Assembly (NCBI RefSeq): GCF_006345805.1
Contig: NC_043013.1
Location: 11,966,001 to 12,030,000 of the forward strand
Direction: 5' to 3'
Length of the DNA: 64,000 bases
DNA from: Octopus sinensis
Taxonomy: Eukaryota
This document shows positions 55,442 to 64,000 of the stretch, one piece after another. How positions within the stretch are numbered: the stretch's first letter is position 1; each line of letters opens with the position of its first letter. The translations under genes were made by a program, and so were the position numbers. A model generated the notes under the pieces. That model saw nothing but the letters and a program-made list of their open reading frames with translations, was not told the origin of the DNA and made no database searches.

Positions 55442-56700
55442 TAATATTTAGTCCCAGCTCTGACCTATGATCGAAGCAATTCCAGTCGTGACCATCATGT
55501 TTTTTTCCTTTAAAAGTAGCCATTCTACTTGCGATCATTATGGCTTTAGTAAACGTGCCCGTTGTCCCTGTAAATGCTATGATTTAGCCCCAGGTCAGAT
55601 CTGTCTGACATATAAATCAAGACATTCCAACAATGACCATCCCACACGTGCCAATTTCTATCGCAGTAGGGTATGATATGAAGGGAATTTGGCTGCCATT
55701 TCTAACCAGCTATAGTAGTAGTAGTAGTCGTATTGATGTTATCTCCGATTGTGATGACGTATTAATACCGTTTTTGTTTATACGTCAGGTTTGATCAAAT
55801 AAACCTATGTCCAAAGTGTTCCAGCCACGACCAACACATCTTATTTTCAGGCAATATACACAGAACAACTCTTTCCACTCCTTACCCACATTTTTAAGAT
55901 GCGTTTTCCTGGGAATCTGACGGCTACTTCTAGTGACCATGCCGAGGTCCCTTCATTGGTTATTATCCTTGTTGTTTAACTTTCAGATCATCTCTGATCA
56001 TTCAGCCCTCTGATCAAAGACATTCCAGCTGTAACAAGCCCGTTCGCTTCTTTTTTACGTCCCGGAAATCCATGATCATGTTATTCAAGTGAATCCAGTT
56101 TTAAGACACATATATGTCTTAAAACTGGTCACGTCTGGGTAATGCAGTACATGATTTGTGTGAGACTTGGCTGCAATTTCTAGCCGAATGGTACATTTTG
56201 TGGACATTACAAAGAATCAATACACTGTAGTGGCTTAGCAGCATTTCTTTCAGCTCTTTACATTCTGAGTTCTAATCTCGCTGTGGTCAATTTTGTCTTT
56301 CCTCCTTTCCGTTTGATAAAATAAAGTACCAGTCAAGTATGGATCGATGTAATCCACTGAATCTTTTCCATCTTTTACTAGCCTCGTGCCAAAATTTGAA
56401 GCAACTATTCTACTGCTTCGAACGAAATGTCTAGCAGGGTCTCTTCTGATACGAGGCTCTCAGATTAATTCCCGCCGGAGAACAAGTTTACTTTCCTAGG
56501 GAGGGGGTCGATAAAATATAAGTGCTTGTCAAGTACTTATCTCGCGGCTAACGATTTACCCGTCCTCAAAAAATTGGCTCGCCTTGTGACTAAATTAGAA
56601 ACTGAATGAGAATTGTTAGAGCGTCGGGAAAAAGTACCTTGAGGTATTTGTTCCATCACTCTTTCTTCTGAGCTCAAATCAAGTCAGGGTTAACATTAAA

Positions 56701-56840
56701 TCGACCCCATGACATATTCTTTGTAAGCCTAGTACTTATTCTATCAGTCCCTTTTGCCGAACCGCTAAATTACGGGGACGTAAACACACCATCATCGGTT
56801 GTGAAGCGATGTTGGGGGACAAATACAGACACACAAACAC
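56701..56840 (-). mobile_element. SINE-A 3' fragment
   Basis: ctttgtaagcctagtacttattctatc ... ccgaaccgctaaattacggggacg. Confidence 0.8.
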
Positions 56841-56919
56841 ACACATACACACACACACACAAACACACCACACACACACACACATATATATATATATACA
56901 TATATACGACAATAATACA

Positions 56920-58142
56920 TAGGTTGAACAGCATGAACGATGTGCGACATTGTAGTTGCAAAGAAGGTGAAATTAACAGTAAAGCAAAATTCGCTCGAAA
57001 ATTTGGCTGATAGGTGGGAACAAAAGCTATTACATGGCAAATATGTGGCCTGTAGCAAACAAGCTGATGTAGATTATTGATATTATTTACATTTCACGGA
57101 TATTTGTTCTCATCTTGTTTGTTGTTAACACAACGTTTCCGCTGATATACCCTCCAGCCTTCATATCAGCGGAAACGTTGTGTTAACAAGAAACAAGATG
57201 GGGACAAATATCCGTCAAATGTAAATAATATAAATAATTCCGCATCTCTTCAATATAGAACTGTAAACTGATGTAGACCAGAAGCACAAATATCAGTGGC
57301 TACGGAGCTCAGGTCTACAGGCAGAGAGTGAAGGCTTTACCTTGGCTGCCCAAGAACAGAGATTATTGATCCGGAACTATAAAGCTAGTGTGATGAAAAA
57401 TGGTGTAGACCCAAAGTGCCGATACTGCAACGAGGAAATCGAAACGGTCTACCACCTAATCTCTGGATGTAAGGTTTTAGCACCTACAGAATACAAATCA
57501 AGACACGACAGAGTTGGCCAATATCTACATGTTCGGCATCATTTAATCAAAACTGCTGACAAATGGTACAAGCACCACCCCGAAGTTGTAACTGAAGGAG
57601 AAAATGTAACAATTCTTTCTGACATCCCAGGATGTACAGATCGAGCCATCAAGGAAAATAAACCAGATATTGTTGTGAAAGACAAAAATAATGTCTGTTT
57701 CTTGATTGACATGAGCAAATACTGTGACCATAATATCTCGGCAAAAAAATTTGATAAGCTCAGAAAATATAAAGATCTGCCAATCGAAAACGAAAAGATT
57801 AGGCATCACAAGACGGTTACAATACCAATGATTGTAGGAGCACTTGGAATGTTAAAAACATGAGCTGAAATTATTTAAGAAGATCCTTGGCTTACCATCC
57901 ATGCAGAAGTGCAAAATATTGTCTTAACTCGTGCGTTTCTTTCCTCCTCACTCCCTTATTTTATTTGTTTACTTTTCAATCCTTTATTTTTCCTTTTTCT
58001 CTCTGTCTTCCCCCGTTTCTCTATTTCATGACTCTTTAAATAAACAATCTGATATGCTTCTTTTAGTGACCAACCAATGTCTAGAGGTACGTTTCGCCTC
58101 CCTAGTTGTCAGGAAGACACTCGGCAAGAAATGGACATGAAT
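56920..58142 (+). mobile_element. RLE-type (R4/Dong-like) LINE 3' part ending in (TAA)n, interrupted by a fold-back insert
   Basis: RWEQKLLHGKY ... QWLRSSGLQAESEGFTLAAQEQ ... CRYCNEEIETVYHLISGC ... KPDIVVKD ... LIDMS ... VGALG. Confidence 0.9.
57074..57267. mobile_element. Fold-back insert with a 10-bp TSD and a hammerhead relic
   Basis: ctgatgtaga at 57064-57073 and 57268-57277; arms at 57081-57148 and 57163-57230. The minus strand reads CTGAT-AT-GA-A-GGCTG ... CAGCG-GAAA-CGT-T-GTGT. Confidence 0.8.
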
Positions 58143-58215
58143 TGAAAGGAGATGCTAATGAAAATAATAATAATAATATAAATAATAATAATAATAATAT
58201 AAATAATAATAATAA

Positions 58216-58272
<57 letters not shown>

Positions 58273-58274
<2 letters not shown>

Positions 58275-59144
58275 TAAAACGATGGCAAGAAAAGCCCATT
58301 CATGGTAAATACTGGACTAAACTAAACGCAAAAGAAATAGACAAAGAAAAATCCCAGCAATGGTTGAGAAGCTCAGGACTCAAAGCAGAAACAGAGGGAT
58401 TTTTAATTGCAGCACAAGACCAAAGCCTCCCCACCAGAAATTACCAAAAACATGTAATGAAAAGAAATATTACATTTAACTGCAGAATATGTGGAGATGG
58501 ACAAGAAACAATAAATCATATTATCTAGCTGCCCAGTCCTGGCTAAGAAGGAATATATTCACAGACATGACAGAGTTGGAACCTACATACACTGGAAGCT
58601 ATGCCAACATTATGGAATAACAACAGAAAAAAGATGGTATAGGCACACCCACCAGAAGGTCACAGAAAACGAAAGCAACCATACTCTGGGATATGCCGAT
58701 ACACACAGATAGAGAAATTAAGGCCAACAGACCAGATATAGTTTCAGAGATCATGAAGAAAAAAAATGCTTTCTAATTGATGTATCAATACCGGCAATGA
58801 CAACGTGTCTCTAAAAGAAAGGGAGAAACTCTCAAAATACAAAGATCTGGAAATAGAGGTAACCAGAATGTCGAATCTGAAAACAGAAACAATTCCTATC
58901 ATAGTAGGTGGCATTATGCATGATAAAAAAATATCAGACAAATACATAACAAAAACACCAGGACTTACAAACACATATAACATACAGAAAATTGCACTAC
59001 TAGGCACTGCACACATCCTACCAGAACACTTCCATCCATACAATAACCATCAGAGCATCACAACAAATCACAGCACCATACCCAAGGCACACAGAGCTGC
59101 GCTCGGTAGTGAAGTGAAAGCACGCTATAAAAATAAAACTACTG
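58273..59144 (+). mobile_element. Dong-like RLE LINE 3' part with (TAA)n on both sides
   Basis: RWQEKPIHGKY ... GLKAETEGFLIAAQDQSL ... CRICGDGQETINHII ... RPDI ... LIDVSIP ... KYKDLEIE. (TAA)n at 58143-58272 and 59145-59217. Confidence 0.92.
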
Positions 59145-59184
59145 ATAATAATAATATAATAATAATAATAATAATAATAATATA

Positions 59185-59219
<35 letters not shown>

Positions 59220-59629
59220 AAAGAAGAAGAAGAAGCAGGAGAAGAGGAAGAAAAAGAAGAAGAAATCAATCCAGCAGATTTAGGGAGAAGATTAGTTAAT
59301 TACATCGACCCCTGTAGTTGACTAGTACAATCAGTATGATAAGAGGCATCGTCCATGTAGAAACGGGGTGTGGGGAAATAGCAACAATGACGACGATGAC
59401 AATAACAACAGCTACAATAATACTGGTTTCTAATTGAGGCGTAAGCTTAGCAATATTTAGGTGGGATGCGACGGCAGTATTTCGCTGGTATTTTATTTTA
59501 TCGAATCTGAAAGGTAGAAAAACGAAGTTAAACTTCGGCTCTATTGGAAGTGGGAACATTTTAAAAAGCCGCAAGAAATGCCGTTAGAACTATTTTCTTT
59601 CATGCGCTGACGATGCTGCCAGCGCGTAA

Positions 59630-59789
59630 TGACAATGACGATGACGACGACAAAGATAATAGAAATGACAACAATGATGATGATGTTGACGACGACGACG
59701 ATGATTGATGATGGTGATGATTAAGGATGGCGGTGAGATGATATGATGATGATGATTGATGATGGTGGTGATGATGATGATGATGATGA

Positions 59790-59822
<33 letters not shown>

Positions 59823-59853
59823 ATGATGAATGGATGCATGATGATGGATGCGG

Positions 59854-59888
<35 letters not shown>

Positions 59889-60145
59889 GTGGTGATGATG
59901 ATGATAATTGATTTGATGATGATGATGATAATGATGATGATGATGGATGATGATGATAATGATGATGATGGCGGTGATGATGATGATAATGATAATGATG
60001 ATGAAGACAACGACAACGACGATAATGAGGATAATGATGATGATGATGGTGAAGATGATGAAGACGACGACGACGGCGATGATAGGAGAATGACGATGAT
60101 GTTGATGGTGGTGGTAGTGGTGGTGACGGTGGCGACGATGATGAT
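59630..60145. repeat. Degenerate (GAT/GAC)n tract
   Basis: Direct reading. Confidence 0.85.
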
Positions 60146-60149
60146 GCCT

Positions 60150-60760
60150 AATAAATACGCTGAATGATATCTGCGAAGGTTATATTTACAACAGAAAAGT
60201 TAGAACTATCTTCCGTGTGTAGACGACTTCAAAATATTTAGAAGTGACACAAATAACCAGCTGTGAAACCTATTAAAAATTTGTTCATCAGTTCGGTCCG
60301 GTCAAGACATAAAATTGAGTATGGAATTAGACAAATATGCCAAAACTACTAAGAGAGAAATTAATTAAAATTGAGAAGAATAAATTGGATACGGACGCAG
60401 AAATCAAAGAATTTGACCAGAATCACCCATAGAAAGAGTTAGAAGAATGAAACCGATGAGATATAACACATAGAGAAATGAAGAAGAAAATTAGATAAGC
60501 ATACTACAGTAGAATTAAATATATTACTAAAGACAGAACTCAATGCTAGAAATAAGATAATAGGTATAAATACTCTAGACGTCGACATCCTCGTGATAAA
60601 GTGTAACTTCAATGTATTAAACTGCAAGTTAAATAAATTTATTGAAGAGCTTTGATAGAAAAACTAGAAGACTGCTTACGGATTTCGGAAGCCATCACGT
60701 TGAAGTTGATGTTTATTGAAAAATACTTAACTGTAACATAGACAAGTTGTGGTCTACGGT
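60150..60760 (+). mobile_element. Heavily decayed RLE LINE RT core fragment
   Basis: Frameshifted CVDDFKIF ... GQDIKL ... LDKYAK ... ILKTELNARNKIIGINTL ... DRKTRRLL. Confidence 0.65.
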
Positions 60761-60837
60761 CGTGAGCAGAAGTTTGCGGCAGAAAAATGAAAATTTTTAT
60801 GTTAAATGCTCAAAGTCATGTTTAATTTGCAATATAT

Positions 60838-60983
60838 CATTACTTGGCCAAAAGTTTGGAACATATGTCTGAAAATTAGAATTTTTTTATATTAAATGTT
60901 CTAAGTTATATTTGAACGGAGCGTATATTGGGTATAACAATTTTGATTTTTAAACAAATGTTCCAAACATTTGGCCATGTCTG
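60838..60983. mobile_element. Tc1-like MITE
   Basis: Imperfect TIRs ttggccaaaagtttggaaca / tgttccaaacatttggcca. Confidence 0.5.
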
Positions 60984-61119
60984 TTGTACAAAAGATAGTT
61001 ATAACAAGGTTAGAAAAGTGGTAAAAGAAAACTAAAGAGAAAAACAACAACTTTGTGAAGATCATTAGTGTTATTTCAGAAAAAAATTGAAAACTTAAGA
61101 AAATTCTTTATAAAGTTAG

Positions 61120-61400
61120 ACTAAAATACAGATCTGAACCAAGTAAACAGAAGAAAACAGCAGGTCGAGTCGCTACTTCTCCGTATCGAGAAGTCAGAGC
61201 TTCAGTGCTGCGGACGTGTGATGGAAATGTGACAGGAAAGAATCGCAAGATAGACTCGCCAAGCTGAGGCAAGTGACATGAGACCCAAAATTAGACCAAG
61301 AACGAACTGGTTCGAGAATATTCATCGTCTCAGTTTGTTCCGGTTGGGAATCCAACCAGAAGGTCTAGTGATACTTATTTCTAATAGGACTCTATCGAAT
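61120..61400 (+). mobile_element. Decayed RTE-like LINE 3' fragment
   Basis: IEKSELQCCGRVMEM ... RPKIRPRTNW resembles the RTE LRWxGHVxRM ... RGRPxxRW region. Confidence 0.45.
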
Positions 61401-61777
61401 AAGACCCTGGAACAGAGGGCGAAGAAGATGGATGGATAAATAAAATAGTAGAACAACAGAACAGATTAAAAGACAGTAAAATCCAAATGAAAGTTCAAAG
61501 TAGAAAGTCCAAACGGAGAGAGAAAACACTAGATGGCGTATAATCGGCAAAACTTGATAGAGAGATCAGCGAAAATATTCCTTTAAAAATCTTTTCATTT
61601 AATTTTTCCCAAATTTAATTGTTTTCCATACTTAGAATTGAAAAAGTCTCAATGACCGAAACCGGCACTAAAATGTTTTTTATAAAATCACTTTAGCTTT
61701 TTTTTTACCTTGACTTTTTTCCATATATATGTATCTGTGTACGCATGTATGTATCTATGTATGTATGTATGTAAGTA

Positions 61778-61991
61778 TTTGTGCATCTGTGTTTGTCTCT
61801 CCACCATCGCTTAACAACTGATGTTGTGTTTATGTCCACGTAAGCTAGCGGTTCGGCAAAAAGAACCGATAAAATACGTACTAAGCTTACAATGAATAAG
61901 TCCCTGGCTCAATTTATTTAGCTAAAGGCGGTGCTCCAGTATGGCCACAGTGAAATGACTGAAACAAGTAAAAGAATAAAAGAATAAAAAG
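61778..61991 (+). mobile_element. SINE-A 3' half
   Basis: gcggttcggcaaaa ... aaggcggtgctccagtatggcc ... gactgaaacaagtaaaag. Confidence 0.8.
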
Positions 61992-62012
61992 TATATATGT
62001 CTGTCTGACTAC

Positions 62013-62550
62013 GAAGAAGAAGAAGAAGAAGAAGAAGAAGAAGAAGAAGAAGAAGAAGAAGAAGAAGAAGAAGAAGAAGAAGAAGAAAAGAAGAATGAAT
62101 GAAGAGCACAAAAAAAAACAAAAGACAAAAATAAAGTACATTTGGTGATCATTAAACCGTGACGTTTAATTTACTTTTTTGCAAAAATGGTTGAGTACAT
62201 TGCGAGCTGGCTGGCTGTTTTGCTGGCTGGCTTCCAGGCAGGCTAGCTGATCAGCTATTTGGCCGGCACGCTGGCCTTCTTGTTGGACGACTTGCTAACC
62301 TAGTAAATCGAATAGCTGTTTGGTTGGCTGGTTAGTTGGTTGGTTGGATATCGTGCTGGTTGTTGATAACGGTTGTGATGGTGGGCAAATCAACCGATCT
62401 GGATGACCCGATAGACTGGATGTTGAATTGAATAGCTGGAAGAAGAAGAAGAAGAAGAAGAAGAAGAAGAAGAAGAAGAAGAAGAAGAAGAAGAAGAAGA
62501 AGAAGAAGAAGAAGAAGAAGAAGAAGAAGAAGAAGAAGAAGAAGAAGAAG
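62013..62550. repeat. Two (GAA)n arrays (62013-62087 and 62439-62550)
   Basis: Direct reading. Confidence 0.9.
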
Positions 62551-63028
62551 AGAGGAAAAAGAAGAAGAAGAAGAAAACAGAAAATAATTACAAACAAAGA
62601 TCTGTGACCACGCTCGTCGTCGGATGGGCAGATCTAGGACGAGACATGACCGAGTGAAAAGCAGGCTGGGCTGAAAATGGGGTAGATAAGGAAGTGGAGG
62701 AGGAATGTAGGGGGTAAATGCAGATATGACATATAAAGGTGGTAGGAGGAGAAAGTAGTGTGAGTGAGAGTGTGTGTGTGGGGGGGGAATATCGTAAATT
62801 CTTTGTTGTTGCTTGTTTTTTTTATTTTCCATTTTTAGTTTTCTCTGGGAAGTGTTTGGGGTGTGAAAAGCTTCTCTCTCTCTCCCTCTCTATATTCCCA
62901 CACACATATATGTGTGTGTGTACATACACATACGTACATGTATATTTATATATGTATGTAAGTATATGTGCATGTATGTATGTATGCATACATGTACATA
63001 TATATGTATATACATATATATATATGAA

Positions 63029-63061
<33 letters not shown>

Positions 63062-64000
63062 GTATATAAATATGCATATATATATGCATGTATGTATGTA
63101 CACACATACACATATATGTATATATATACACATATACACACACATATATATACAAATATACAACATATATGCATATAGATATATGCATATAAATGCACAT
63201 ATACACATACATGGATATGCGTGTGGGTGAAAGTTTTTGGTAAACTCCTTGTCATTTTCTACTCCCACCAAATTCTCTCTCTCCCTCTCTCTTTCTCTCT
63301 CTCTCTCTCTGTCTCGGCACTCCCGACTCTAATCTATTTCTATTTCTCTCTTTCTCTGCATCCCGACCCTGACACCGACCCCTGACGCCCCCCCCACTAT
63401 CACCCCGCTCTAATCAACCACTACCACCACCACCACTACCACCACCACACACACATACACCGCCTATCCGCGACGCCAACTCTATCAGGAATCGGTGCGC
63501 ACGATTGAATCGTCTTTTCCGACGAACCCCTGCACCCCACCTCACCTACGCCCCCCACCCCCGGTCGCGCTTCGGTGACGCCGGCTGCAAGGCTGCAGCT
63601 GCCAACTTGAAGTTCCTTAAGCAATCACATGTGACGACAAAAATCATACCGTCTACTCCTCCGCCTCCTCTTCCTTCTCACCACCACCACCACCACCACC
63701 ACCACCGCCGCCACCACTAACCCACTCAACTTCATTTCACCCCCCTCCCTTCCCCCTGTCCAACCCACTTACATCACTCAACTATAAACTTGTCCTCTCT
63801 TTCTTCCACCTTCTGTCTGCTGTGTCGTTTGTCGTTTGTTTTACTGTCCTCACTCTAATTCAACATCATCATCATCATCATTATCACCGTCATCATCATC
63901 GTCATCGTCGTCGTCGTCGTCATCGTTTTCATCAGCATTACCACAATCATTGTCCTCGACAGTTTCGAAGTTATCGTCGTCGTCGCCATCATCATCATCA

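Noticed and set aside
61632-61672. ttgaaaaagtctcaatgaccgaaaccggca hammerhead-like string
   Set aside because: The core and cleavage triplet are too degenerate to support a call.

Overview
Repeat-saturated, AT-rich eukaryotic non-coding DNA, most likely from an octopus. The species call is an inference from the SINE families and the (TA)n/(CA)n density, recalled from memory and not searched. I see no convincing host-gene exon: nearly all ORFs in the track are microsatellite read-through. Recognisable content: (1) a 5'-truncated CR1-group LINE RT fragment; (2) several fragments of RLE-endonuclease (R4/Dong-like) LINEs, which fall into a (TAA)n-flanked group and a (CATA)n-flanked group; (3) at least four tRNA-headed SINE families, labelled A, B, C and E here; (4) an internally deleted DD37D-type Tc1/mariner element, a hAT MITE, Helitron-like pieces and RTE relics. 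Most interesting observations: several minimal type I hammerhead ribozyme motifs of the Penelope-associated kind; three fold-back elements whose hairpin apex lies in a hammerhead core; and SINE-B multimers at three loci that share one precise palindromic junction, one of them expanded into a ~180 bp satellite inside a single target-site duplication.
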